From Burkholderiales bacterium (GTDB lineage: Bacteria; Pseudomonadota; Gammaproteobacteria; Burkholderiales; SG8-39): a stretch of 44,489 bases of DNA. How positions within the stretch are numbered: position 1 is the first letter of the stretch; every line of letters starts with the position of its first letter. Of this stretch, positions 9,741 through 18,175 are shown in pieces. The DNA is taken from positions 1 to 44,489 of the forward strand of contig JBAVOG010000266.1 of NCBI GenBank assembly GCA_049691875.1, written 5' to 3'. The notes below the pieces were generated by a model. The model made no database searches and was not told the origin of the DNA. It worked only from the letters and a program-made list of their open reading frames with translations. The translations under genes and the position numbers were made by a program.

Positions 9741-9778
9741 AAAAAAGCCGCCGCCCGTCAGCGGACCGGGGCGGCGGC
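9741..9778 (-). terminator. Intrinsic (Rho-independent) terminator or attenuator between the SBP gene and the permease genes
   Basis: On the minus strand: GCCGCCGCCC-12 nt loop-GGGCGGCGGC followed by TTTTTT. It lies 33 nt after the SBP stop and 23 nt before the LivH-type start. Confidence 0.8.
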
Positions 9779-9810
9779 CTTCAAGTTACGGGATGAGTCG
9801 CCCGATGCAG

Positions 9811-11010
9811 CTACTTGCACTTGCCGGCGCCGAGCTCCTTGCACATGTCCTTGACTGCCGGAGTCGTGGCGAGATTCTTCTGATAAAGCTTCCCGTCTTT
9901 CTCGACGATCTCGCTCAGATACTCGTTCATCACGATGTCGCGGGTCTTGGGATCGATCATGATCGGACCGCGCGGGCTGTTGAACTTCCAGCCCTTCAGG
10001 GCCTCCATCGCCTTGTCAGGGTCGATCTTGCAGTTGAGCGTCTTGGCCACGTGCGCGATCGCGGCCATCCCATCGTAACCCTGGACGGCCATGAAGTCGG
10101 GCGTCGAGTCGGCGCCGTATTGCTTCTTCCACGCGGCCACCAGCCGCTTGTTTTCCGGAGTGTCGAGATCGGCATTGTAGTGATGCATGGTGACCAGTCC
10201 GATCGCGTCCTTGCCCATCGCCTGCAGCTTGTTGTCCTGCGTGATGTCGCCCGGACCGATCAGCTTGACTCCCGCAGCGCGCATGCCGAGCGCCCCGTAG
10301 GTCTTCACGACGGCAACCGCATGGTCACCGGCAGGAACGAAGACGAAGAACACGTCGGGCTTCTTGTCCTTCGCGCGCTGGAAGAACGGCGTGAAATCCG
10401 GCACCTTGCCGGGACCGCCCATCGGGATCGCATCGATCACCTTGCCGCCTGCGCCCTCGAACCCGGCCGTGAACGCCTCGAGCTCGTCCTTGCCCGGCGG
10501 GTAGTCGGTGTATCCCACGACCGCGGTCTTCGCGCCGAGCGTCTTCGCGGCGGCCTCGCCGAGGGTGTAACCGGATTGCCACATCGAGAAGGATACGCGC
10601 GCGATCATCGGCGACAGGTTCGTGATCCACGCCGTGCCGGCATTCATGATGATCATCGGCTTCTTGCCCGCGGTGGCGAGCGATGCGGTGGTGATCGCGT
10701 TCGGCGAGAAGACGAAACCGGTCAGCATATCGACCTTGTCCTGCGTGATCAATTCCTGCACCGCCGTCTTGGCATCGGCGCCTCCCGGGTTCTTGGAGTC
10801 GCGCTTGATGAGATCGATCTTGCACGACCCGAAAGCGTCCGGGTTGAGCTTCGTGAACATGTCCATGCCCTGGCTGATCTGCTGCCCGAATTCGGCGCCT
10901 CCTCCGGTGAAGGTCATCACGACGCCGACCTTGACCGTCTGCGCCTGCGCGAGCGCGGCAAATCCACCCAGTGCGACCGCGACCAGCAGCCGCGTCATTC
11001 CGTACTTCAT
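9811..11010 (-). CDS. ABC transporter periplasmic substrate-binding protein (type I PBP, LivK/LivJ-like family)
   Basis: GGAGGAGAAAATC precedes ATG 11010. Signal peptide MKYGMTRLLVAVALGGFAALAQA. Leu/Ile/Val-binding-protein-like fold sequence. The upstream approx. 100 aa of the 502-aa track ORF are rejected. Confidence 0.88.
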   Translation of the reverse strand: MKYGMTRLLVAVALGGFAALAQAQTVKVGVVMTFTGGGAEFGQQISQGMDMFTKLNPDAFGSCKIDLIKRDSKNPGGADAKTAVQELITQDKVDMLTGFVFSPNAITTASLATAGKKPMIIMNAGTAWITNLSPMIARVSFSMWQSGYTLGEAAAKTLGAKTAVVGYTDYPPGKDELEAFTAGFEGAGGKVIDAIPMGGPGKVPDFTPFFQRAKDKKPDVFFVFVPAGDHAVAVVKTYGALGMRAAGVKLIGPGDITQDNKLQAMGKDAIGLVTMHHYNADLDTPENKRLVAAWKKQYGADSTPDFMAVQGYDGMAAIAHVAKTLNCKIDPDKAMEALKGWKFNSPRGPIMIDPKTRDIVMNEYLSEIVEKDGKLYQKNLATTPAVKDMCKELGAGKCK

Positions 11011-11191
11011 GATTTTCTCCTCCTCGTGCGGCGGGGCTGCCGCTGAAGGCCTAATATGGCCAAAAGGCATTGTTGATGCAAGTTGTTGCCTGAGGTGGCC
11101 AGCAACGCGGCGTCGGACGAAACTCGGCGCAATGGAACGCGACTCACGCGCGTGCACCGTCTTGCAGACTCGCGGCACTGCACGGCAAAGC

Positions 11192-11214
11192 GTGATGTTG
11201 CGTTGCAGCATCAC
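11192..11214. promoter_or_regulatory. 23-bp imperfect palindrome in the divergent control region (candidate operator)
   Basis: GTGATGTTGC-gtt-GCAGCATCAC; the arms match 9/10. It lies 120 nt upstream of the oxygenase start and 182 nt upstream of the SBP start. Confidence 0.35.
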
Positions 11215-11333
11215 CGTGCTTTCCCATGGAAACTTGCCACGAAGTTGCGTCGGGAGTAGCGTGCGCCGTTCTTGGGCGAACCCGGCGCCAGTGATGCGCT
11301 GCGTGCGCCGCCCACGCAACTCAGGAGGAAACC

Positions 11334-12656
11334 ATGCTTCAGGAGCGCATTCCTGATCTCGCCAAGTTCGTCGAGCCCGACCGGGTGCGGCGCGAGGTCT
11401 ATTCCGATCCCACGATCTTCGCGCTGGAGATGCAGCGCATCCACGAGCGCGTGTGGATCTATTGCGGTCACGAAAGTCAGGTTCCCAGGCCAGGCGACTA
11501 CTACACGGTGCAGATCGGCCGCCAACCGATGCTGATGGTGCGCGGCAAGGATGGTGTCGTGCACGTGCTCTACAACCGCTGCCCGCATCGCGGCAACATG
11601 ATGTGCGGTGACCGACACGGCTCCACCGGCGAGTTCTTTCGCTGCTCGTACCATTCCTGGACGTTTCAGCACGACGGAACGCTGCGCACGATTCCCATGA
11701 TGGAGTCGGGATACGACGGGACGCGCTGGTCGCGCGACAATCCCGACTGCAACATGAAGCACGCCGCGCGCGTCGAATCCTACCGCGGCTTCGTGTTCGC
11801 CAGCCTCGCGGAGAGCGGTCCGACCCTCACCGAGTTTCTCGGCGCGGCACGCGTCGCCTTCGACGACATGTGCGACCGCGCGCCCGAGGGCGAGGTCGAG
11901 ATCGTACCGAACTGCTTTCGCGTGATCCAGCACTCCAACTGGAAAATCTTCCTCGAGAACCAGCTCGACGCACTGCATCCATCGGTCACCCATCAATCTA
12001 CCGGACGCGCGGCACGCGACGTGGAGATTGCCATCGAGAAGCGCACCGGGCACGCGCCGCTTTCGTATCACATGCTGTCGGCGTTCGCCACGGTGACCAT
12101 CGACAAGTGGGACATCTTCCAGACGCTCAACTACCCGCACGGTCACTGCATCCTGACCGGCTACATGGGTCTGCGCCCGACGGATCCCGATACGCTGGCC
12201 TACGAGAAGGTGATGCAAAAGGCCTACGGCAAGGCGCGAGCGGAGGAGATCCTCGGCGTCAACATCCACCACGTGCTCATCTATCCGGGGCTTTCGGTGC
12301 AGTCGCCGTTGCAGCAATTGCGTGCGGTGCGCCCGCTCGGTGTCGACAAGACGCTCACGGAGATCTGGCACTTCCGCCTGAAAGGGGCGCCCGAGCCGAT
12401 CTACCGCCGCTCGCTGGCCTATTACAACCTGGTCAATTCTCCGGCGACCATGATCAACGCGGACGATCTCGAGAACTTCTGGAAGTGCCAGCAGGGGCTC
12501 GCGTCGGACGGGGGCGACTGGGTGAGCTTTCACCGCCACTATGGTCGTGATATCGCAAAGGACGGTTATGTCGAGACCGGACCGAACATGGGCACGTCGG
12601 AGGCGCCCATGCGCAACCAGATGAAGGCGTGGTCCGAGTACATGACCCAGGATTGA
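11334..12656 (+). CDS. Rieske non-heme iron oxygenase, large (alpha) subunit
   Basis: Rieske [2Fe-2S] motif CPHRG-x16-CSYHSW and mononuclear-iron motif ENQLDALHPSVTH (D-x2-H-x4-H). AGGAGGAAACC precedes the ATG. Confidence 0.92.
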   Translation: MLQERIPDLAKFVEPDRVRREVYSDPTIFALEMQRIHERVWIYCGHESQVPRPGDYYTVQIGRQPMLMVRGKDGVVHVLYNRCPHRGNMMCGDRHGSTGEFFRCSYHSWTFQHDGTLRTIPMMESGYDGTRWSRDNPDCNMKHAARVESYRGFVFASLAESGPTLTEFLGAARVAFDDMCDRAPEGEVEIVPNCFRVIQHSNWKIFLENQLDALHPSVTHQSTGRAARDVEIAIEKRTGHAPLSYHMLSAFATVTIDKWDIFQTLNYPHGHCILTGYMGLRPTDPDTLAYEKVMQKAYGKARAEEILGVNIHHVLIYPGLSVQSPLQQLRAVRPLGVDKTLTEIWHFRLKGAPEPIYRRSLAYYNLVNSPATMINADDLENFWKCQQGLASDGGDWVSFHRHYGRDIAKDGYVETGPNMGTSEAPMRNQMKAWSEYMTQD

Positions 12657-12673
12657 GGAACGGGATTCGATCG

Positions 12674-13264
12674 ATGGCAACGAAACGCAAGCATGCCGCT
12701 CCTGAGCGAGCGGCCAAGAAGAAAGCCGCGGGAAGCGCCAAGTCGTTACGCAAGCTCAAGACGGCGCCTACTCGCGGGGCTGGCAGCCGCGATACCCAGC
12801 ACGCGGTCGAGCAGTTCCTGTTCCGACAGGCGGAGCTGCTCGACACGAAACGCTGGCAGGACTACATCGACCTCTTCACCCCCGACGGGATCTATTGGAT
12901 GCCACCCGAGCCCTCGCATACGACATGGGAAGGCATGCCGGCGATCTTCGCGGAAGACAGGAATCTGATGACGGTGCGCGTGAACCGGGTGCAGCACCCG
13001 GACGCGTGGTCCCAGCGCCCGCAATGGGGCACCAACCACGTCGTCGGAAACGTGATGATCGAGAGCGACGGGCCGAATGGAGACGTGGTGGTCCGGTCGC
13101 GGTTTCACATGCTGGAGATGCGCCGCGACGACGTCCGCCATTTTGCGGGCTCGTACGTCCACCATCTCAAGCGGACCAAGGACGGATACCGGATCAAATT
13201 GCAGCGCGTCGACATGACCAATGCCCAGGCTGCATACGACTACGTGCTGCAGGTGTGGGTCTAG
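12674..13264 (+). CDS. Ring-hydroxylating oxygenase small (beta) subunit (NTF2/SnoaL-like fold) with a Lys/Ala-rich N-terminal extension
   Basis: The beta-subunit-like core starts near VEQFLFRQAELLDTKRWQDYIDLF. The only in-frame start downstream of the alpha stop is ATG 12674, which adds approx. 40 basic residues (MATKRKHAAPERAAKKKAAGSAKSLRKLKTAPTRG). Confidence 0.8.
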   Translation: MATKRKHAAPERAAKKKAAGSAKSLRKLKTAPTRGAGSRDTQHAVEQFLFRQAELLDTKRWQDYIDLFTPDGIYWMPPEPSHTTWEGMPAIFAEDRNLMTVRVNRVQHPDAWSQRPQWGTNHVVGNVMIESDGPNGDVVVRSRFHMLEMRRDDVRHFAGSYVHHLKRTKDGYRIKLQRVDMTNAQAAYDYVLQVWV

Positions 13265-13274
13265 CGCAGCGCGA

Positions 13275-14627
13275 TCAGCTGAGAAACGGCAGCCAGGTGA
13301 CGATGCCGGGAAACGCGATAATCAAGGCGACCAGGGCCATCGCGCACGCCATGAACGGCACTGCCGCCCGGCAGATCTCGACGAACGTGGTTCCGGGTGG
13401 CGCGACCCCCTGCATCACGAACAGAAGCAATCCGAACGGCGGCGTGGTAAAGCTGATTTCCATCGCGAGCAGCATGATCACGCCGAACCAGATCATCTTC
13501 ATCTCGAGCGGTAACCCGAAGTCCAGCGTCGCGACGATCGGGAAGAAGATCGGGACCGTGAGAAGCATCATCGCGAGCTGATCCATGAACATCCCGAGGA
13601 TCAGCAAGATACCGAACATCAAAAGCAGCATGACGACTGGTGTAACGTCGAACCCCGTCACCCAGTTGATGAGCCCTGCGCTGCCGCCAGAGAACGCGAG
13701 AATCTGGCTGAAGGTCTGCGATCCGAAGAGAATCAGCAGCGCCATGACCGTCACCCGCGTCGCACCTTCAAGTGATCTCCACATTGCGCGCCAGCTGAAG
13801 CAGCGGTAGACCAACGCGAGGAGCACCACGCCGAGTCCGCCGAAGGCTGCCGACTCGGAGGGGGTGGCGACCCCGCCCATGATCAGCACGATGACCATCC
13901 CGACGACCGACACCATCGGCAGTACATCGAGCGCGAAAAGGCGCAACTTCGCGCGCGTCGGGATCGACTCGATTTCGTAGACCGGCGCCGCGTCGGGATC
14001 GATCCGCGCACGCACATAGATGAGAACTGTATACATTGCCGCCAGGATCAGGCCGGGCGTGATGCCCGCAACGAGCAACCGGCCGATATCGATTTTGGCG
14101 AGCGTTCCGAGCAGTACGGCGAGCGCCGATGGCGGAATCAGCATCGCAAGGCCGCCTGTCCCGAGAATCGGGCCGATCGACATGCTCTTCTTGTACTTGC
14201 GCCGCGACATCTCGGGCACCATCAGCGTGCCGAGAAGCGCGGTCGAGCCCATCGATGACCCGGAGAGCGTGGCAAACGCCGTGCCACCGGCCACTGTCAC
14301 GAAGGAGAGCCGCGCCGGTATCTTGCCCATGAGCTTGTCGACCGCGTTGAACATGCGCGTGGCGAGGCCGGTATGGAAGAAAAGCTCGCCCATGAGCAGG
14401 AACATAGGAATCGGGACGATCGCGAAATTCGCCATCGACTCGAATGCGTTGCCCGCGAGCGTGCCGATGCCATTCACGACACGTAGCGAAAAAGGGCCGC
14501 CGCCACCGAAGTAGTGCACGGCGGCGACGACGTTCACGCCCAGGAAGGCGATGCCCACGGGCATCCCGAACGCCATCAGCAGCAGGATGGCCCCCAGGAG
14601 CGATGCTAGCGCCCAGTACCACTCCAT
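13275..14627 (-). CDS. TRAP transporter large permease, DctM type (system 2)
   Basis: 450-aa polytopic protein with DctM-like segments (IPMFLLMGELF, GGLAMLIPPS, EISFTTPPFGLLLFV). Confidence 0.92.
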   Translation of the reverse strand: MEWYWALASLLGAILLLMAFGMPVGIAFLGVNVVAAVHYFGGGGPFSLRVVNGIGTLAGNAFESMANFAIVPIPMFLLMGELFFHTGLATRMFNAVDKLMGKIPARLSFVTVAGGTAFATLSGSSMGSTALLGTLMVPEMSRRKYKKSMSIGPILGTGGLAMLIPPSALAVLLGTLAKIDIGRLLVAGITPGLILAAMYTVLIYVRARIDPDAAPVYEIESIPTRAKLRLFALDVLPMVSVVGMVIVLIMGGVATPSESAAFGGLGVVLLALVYRCFSWRAMWRSLEGATRVTVMALLILFGSQTFSQILAFSGGSAGLINWVTGFDVTPVVMLLLMFGILLILGMFMDQLAMMLLTVPIFFPIVATLDFGLPLEMKMIWFGVIMLLAMEISFTTPPFGLLLFVMQGVAPPGTTFVEICRAAVPFMACAMALVALIIAFPGIVTWLPFLS

Positions 14628-14657
14628 GATCCGGCGGTGCGGGCTGCGTCTCGCCCG

Positions 14658-15179
14658 CTAGCCTTCTCCTGCGAGCCCGGCCTTGCCGGTGTGAAGCAGC
14701 TCGCGTCCGAAGACGTAGCGCAGAAACTCGATCCCCATCAAGCCGAAGCCGATCGGCATCGAGACGGTGACGATCCAGCGCTTGAGATCGAGTTGCGCGC
14801 GGAGCTCATCGTACCGGTTTGCAGTGAAGTCATCGATCGTGAGGACGCCCGTGTACCAGGCAAGCGCCAGGCAGGTGAGCGCGGAGAGGGCCGCCACAGA
14901 TCGCGAAAGAACCACGCGTACCCTGTCCGGCACTGCAGCGGTGAGGAGCTCGATGTGGATGTGGCCGCGCGTGCGCACCAGCCATGGCCCGCCCAGCATG
15001 AGCACATAAACGAATCCGTACTCGATGAACGGAAATGTATAGGGGTTATAGCGCCAGCCGACTGCACGGAACGCCGCGAAGTAGACGATGCCGAGCATCA
15101 TCATGGCGATATAGACCGACGCCGCGGCCATCATGAGCCACAGCAGGCCCTCGTACCATCGACCCAGGGTCCTCAGCAT
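14658..15179 (-). CDS. TRAP transporter small permease, DctQ type (system 2)
   Basis: 173-aa ORF with 4 TM segments between the DctP- and DctM-type genes. Confidence 0.85.
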   Translation of the reverse strand: MLRTLGRWYEGLLWLMMAAASVYIAMMMLGIVYFAAFRAVGWRYNPYTFPFIEYGFVYVLMLGGPWLVRTRGHIHIELLTAAVPDRVRVVLSRSVAALSALTCLALAWYTGVLTIDDFTANRYDELRAQLDLKRWIVTVSMPIGFGLMGIEFLRYVFGRELLHTGKAGLAGEG

Positions 15180-15203
15180 TTGGTCGCGCCCGACAAACAG
15201 TGG

Positions 15204-15226
15204 CGCCCGGGGAAGTGCCCCGGGCG
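15204..15226 (-). promoter_or_regulatory. Intercistronic GC stem-loop after the SBP gene (system 2)
   Basis: CGCCCGGGG-aagtg-CCCCGGGCG: perfect 9-bp stem in the 72-nt gap between the SBP stop (15252) and the DctQ-type start (15179). Confidence 0.5.
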
Positions 15227-15251
15227 GATATCGGGCTCGCGTGCGCCTTCC

Positions 15252-16247
15252 TTACTGCTCGATGAACAGCTGGCGCAGTTTTGCGACGTCCGCGGGGTCG
15301 CGCTTCGCTTCCTTGATCCGCTGCGTCATCCGGTCGTAGGCCGAGTTCACCGCCAGATCGAGGTAGCCTTTGGCGTTGGGCACGGTCACGAAAGTCATGC
15401 CTCCCTTGGCCAGCGCGGCGCGCTCTTCACGTGCCAGTTCCTCGAGCTTCGCGCGGGCGGCGTTCTCGTGTGCGATCACGATGTCCTGAAGCCGCTTCTG
15501 CGCCTCGGGGCTGAGCGACTTCCACTTGTCGAGATTCATGATCCACCCGATGTCGGTCTGGTAGAACTCGGGCTCCAGACCATAGTGCAGGAATTTGTCC
15601 CACTTGTAGTCCATGAGTCCGATCGTCGCCCACGCGGTCGCATTCACCACGCCCTTTTCGAGCGCGGAATACACCTCGTTCGACCCCATCGGATGGGTGC
15701 TCGCGTTGAGCGCCTTCAGGAACGCGCCATAGATCGGATTGTCGCGCATCTTGACGCCATTGAGATCGGGCAGACCCTGCGCGGTGAACTTGGGCGCGTC
15801 CTTGAGATAGATCCGGAACCGGCCCCCCGATGCGGTCCAGCCGAGGTATTTGAGGTTGAAGAGCTTCTGGTGCAGCTCGTCGATCATTTTGATGCCACCA
15901 TTCGCCCGGACTTTCGCCGGCGAAGAGTTCGAAGTCGAGATCGCCTCGTTTTCAGGAATCGCGCGTGCGTAGAAGGCAGCCGGCGTGCAGACAAGATCGA
16001 CAACGCCCTTGGATGCCGCGGTGGGCTGCTCGAACATCTTGATCGAGTTGAAGGGCTTGACGTCGATCTTGACTATCCCTTTGGCGTCCGTGTTGATCTT
16101 GTCCACGAGCTCCTTGCAGAGCTTGGTGTAGATCAGCTGGTCGGGAAAAGGATAGACGAGCGTCAGCGTCGTCTCGGCATACGCGGCACGCGCCGCCAAT
16201 GCAACTACAGCTGCTGCCGCCAGCAGCATCACGCGGTGGCAATTCAT
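15252..16247 (-). CDS. TRAP transporter substrate-binding protein, DctP type (system 2)
   Basis: GGAGGAGGACGACC precedes ATG 16247. Signal peptide MNCHRVMLLAAAAVVALAARAAYA. The upstream part of the 630-aa track ORF is an off-frame read of the TauE gene. Confidence 0.88.
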   Translation of the reverse strand: MNCHRVMLLAAAAVVALAARAAYAETTLTLVYPFPDQLIYTKLCKELVDKINTDAKGIVKIDVKPFNSIKMFEQPTAASKGVVDLVCTPAAFYARAIPENEAISTSNSSPAKVRANGGIKMIDELHQKLFNLKYLGWTASGGRFRIYLKDAPKFTAQGLPDLNGVKMRDNPIYGAFLKALNASTHPMGSNEVYSALEKGVVNATAWATIGLMDYKWDKFLHYGLEPEFYQTDIGWIMNLDKWKSLSPEAQKRLQDIVIAHENAARAKLEELAREERAALAKGGMTFVTVPNAKGYLDLAVNSAYDRMTQRIKEAKRDPADVAKLRQLFIEQ

Positions 16248-16354
16248 GGTCGTCCTCCTCCGAACGGGCGGGTTTGAATTATCACTTAGGGGCAAGATCA
16301 TAATCCCACAAGACCGGGACCCTGACAACGAAACCGGCGGGACGGCCCGTGCCA

Positions 16355-17149
16355 CTACCAGAGCTTGAAGAGCATCCGGGTGGCAAGGACGTAGAAAAGC
16401 AGGGCGACGACCTGACGCAGGCGCCGGGCCGGAACGCGGTGTGCAACGCCCGCCCCCAGTGGCGCCGTCAGCACACTCGCCAGGACGATTCCGGCGAGGG
16501 CGGGCAGGTAGACGAAACCGAGCGAGTAGGGCGGCAGCCCCGGAGCGTTCCAGCCGCTCAGCACGTAACCGGCCGTTCCCGACAGCGCGATCGGAAAACC
16601 GATCGCCGCCGCAGTACCGATAGCGTGCAGGATCGGTACGTTGCAGAACACCATCAGGGGAATCGACATGACAGCGCCGCCGATGGCGACTAGCGCGGAC
16701 AGGCCGCTGATGGCCATCCCTGCGATGAACATGCCGAACGTCCCGGGCAGTTGCCGCGATGGCTTGGGCTTGAACTCCACCAGCAGCATCGTCGCCGCGT
16801 AGTAAACGAGCCCCGTGAACACGAGCGCGAACCACCGCGTCGAAAGCGTCCCGGCAATCAGGCCACCGACCAGCCCACCGAGCAGTATGCCCGGCGTGAT
16901 GCGACGGAAAACTTCCCAGCGCACCGCGCCACGCCCGGCATGTGCGCGCAGGCTCGAAAGCGACGTGAAAAGCACGGCGGCCATTGCGGTACCAACCGCA
17001 AGATGCAGGATGTGTTCGCTCGGCAGGTTCTGCGCCTCGAACAGCATGATGACGAGCGGCACGGTGAGGGCGCCGCCACCGATGCCGAGCATTCCCGCGA
17101 AGAAGCCCATGACGGCGCCAATCGCCAGGTACCCGATGAGCCATTCCAT
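16355..17149 (-). CDS. TauE/SafE (TSUP, DUF81) family anion exporter membrane protein
   Basis: 264-aa protein with about 8 TM segments and glycine-rich repeats (GMLGIGGGALTVPL, ALVAIGGAVMSIPL) typical of the family. Confidence 0.85.
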   Translation of the reverse strand: MEWLIGYLAIGAVMGFFAGMLGIGGGALTVPLVIMLFEAQNLPSEHILHLAVGTAMAAVLFTSLSSLRAHAGRGAVRWEVFRRITPGILLGGLVGGLIAGTLSTRWFALVFTGLVYYAATMLLVEFKPKPSRQLPGTFGMFIAGMAISGLSALVAIGGAVMSIPLMVFCNVPILHAIGTAAAIGFPIALSGTAGYVLSGWNAPGLPPYSLGFVYLPALAGIVLASVLTAPLGAGVAHRVPARRLRQVVALLFYVLATRMLFKLW

Positions 17150-17154
17150 GATCG

Positions 17155-17179
17155 ACGCGGTCCGTTAAAAGAGCCGTCA
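17155..17179. repeat. 25-bp direct repeat, copy 1 (ACGCGGTCCGTTAAAAGAGCCGTCA)
   Basis: Identical to 18262-18286. It lies 5 nt upstream of the tauE-like ATG and 13 nt downstream of the radical-SAM stop. Confidence 0.95.
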
Positions 17180-17192
17180 GACTCGCGCGCGC

Positions 17193-18170
17193 CTAGTAAC
17201 TCAGATAGGTGCAGCGATTGCAGGGGTCCGGTGCGCCGGTCCGGCTGATCAGCGACTCGCGCAGGCCGCGCAAACGCGGCTGATTGTAGATATCGAGCGC
17301 ATTCCGGGTATTGACATTGCCCTTGGGATACTTCGCCTCGCCATCCATGCAGCACATGGCGACTTCACCAGTGGAGATGATCGAGAGATCGAACCAGCGG
17401 TGGCATGGGGCATCCGGTACGCGTGAATCGACCAGCGCGTTCGGCACGTCGCCGATCCAGTCATTGCGGGGGATGATCTGGGGAAGGAATTTCGGAAAGG
17501 ACGTGGCACACCACTGCAGCCACCGGACGTCGTCGGCGCGCGTTCCGGAAACGCGGGTCAGGCGCACCGAAAACGGAATTTCCCCTGCCACTGCGCGCAG
17601 GTGCAGACCGGTCAACCGTTCTAGCGTGCGCGCGAGCGGGAGCTTCATCACCTCTTCGTACTCGAGCTCGTCGCAGGAATTCAGCGACACGTTGACGTAG
17701 GCGATATTGCTGCAGCGGGAGAGTTGCACCGCCTTCTTGTCGGTAAGCGCAGCTCCGTTCGTGATCAAGCTGACTTGCGCGCCGGGAAGCTTCGTGCCGA
17801 CAAGCTCGATGATGTCGAAAAGACGGTGTTCCAGAAAGGGGTCCGATAGCTTGTAGGGCGCAAACAGGAACGGCAGATCTGGCGGCACGTCCGTGAGGTC
17901 ATTGACCACCTTTTCGATCAGCGTGTCCGACATCCGGTTCCCTTTGCGGGCCACGGTAGGGTAGGGACAGAAATTGCATGCCGCGTTGCAGGCGGTGACC
18001 GTCTCGAGATGGACGAGGATCGGGTAGTCGAGATAGCCGGCGAGCTGCAGTTGATGCGCCTTGCCGCGCATGTTCGCCGCGAGGTCGGAGAACTCATAAA
18101 AGGACCGACGGACGGATTCCTCGGCGACCGCATTGGCGGAGAGAATCCCACGCAGAAAGTTGACAAGCAT
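17193..18170 (-). CDS. Radical SAM enzyme with a C-terminal SPASM/twitch-like Cys motif
   Basis: Radical-SAM cluster motif CNAACNFCPY (C-x3-C-x2-C). C-terminal C-x11-G-x4-C (CHRWFDLSIISTGEVAMC) followed by CNRC. No convincing SD of its own. Confidence 0.85.
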   Translation of the reverse strand: MLVNFLRGILSANAVAEESVRRSFYEFSDLAANMRGKAHQLQLAGYLDYPILVHLETVTACNAACNFCPYPTVARKGNRMSDTLIEKVVNDLTDVPPDLPFLFAPYKLSDPFLEHRLFDIIELVGTKLPGAQVSLITNGAALTDKKAVQLSRCSNIAYVNVSLNSCDELEYEEVMKLPLARTLERLTGLHLRAVAGEIPFSVRLTRVSGTRADDVRWLQWCATSFPKFLPQIIPRNDWIGDVPNALVDSRVPDAPCHRWFDLSIISTGEVAMCCMDGEAKYPKGNVNTRNALDIYNQPRLRGLRESLISRTGAPDPCNRCTYLSY

Positions 18171-18175
18171 GCCGC

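Noticed and set aside
9793-11046. 417-aa plus-strand ORF; also the 489-aa minus-strand ORF at 11211-12680
   Set aside because: They are antisense to the ABC substrate-binding protein gene and the Rieske alpha gene respectively. Both real genes have strong SD sequences and diagnostic motifs; these shadow ORFs do not.
14637-16277. 546-aa plus-strand ORF
   Set aside because: It is antisense to the DctQ-2 and DctP-2 genes and is a high-GC shadow ORF.
15252-17144. Long N-terminal extensions in the track ORFs (the 630-aa ORF here; also 7096-8793, 9811-11319, 27937-29922, 38206-39738, 35466-36638, 20754-21434)
   Set aside because: In each case the recognisable protein begins at an internal ATG or GTG with an SD and, for the SBPs, a signal peptide. 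The upstream portion overlaps a neighbouring gene in another frame. Starts were trimmed accordingly.
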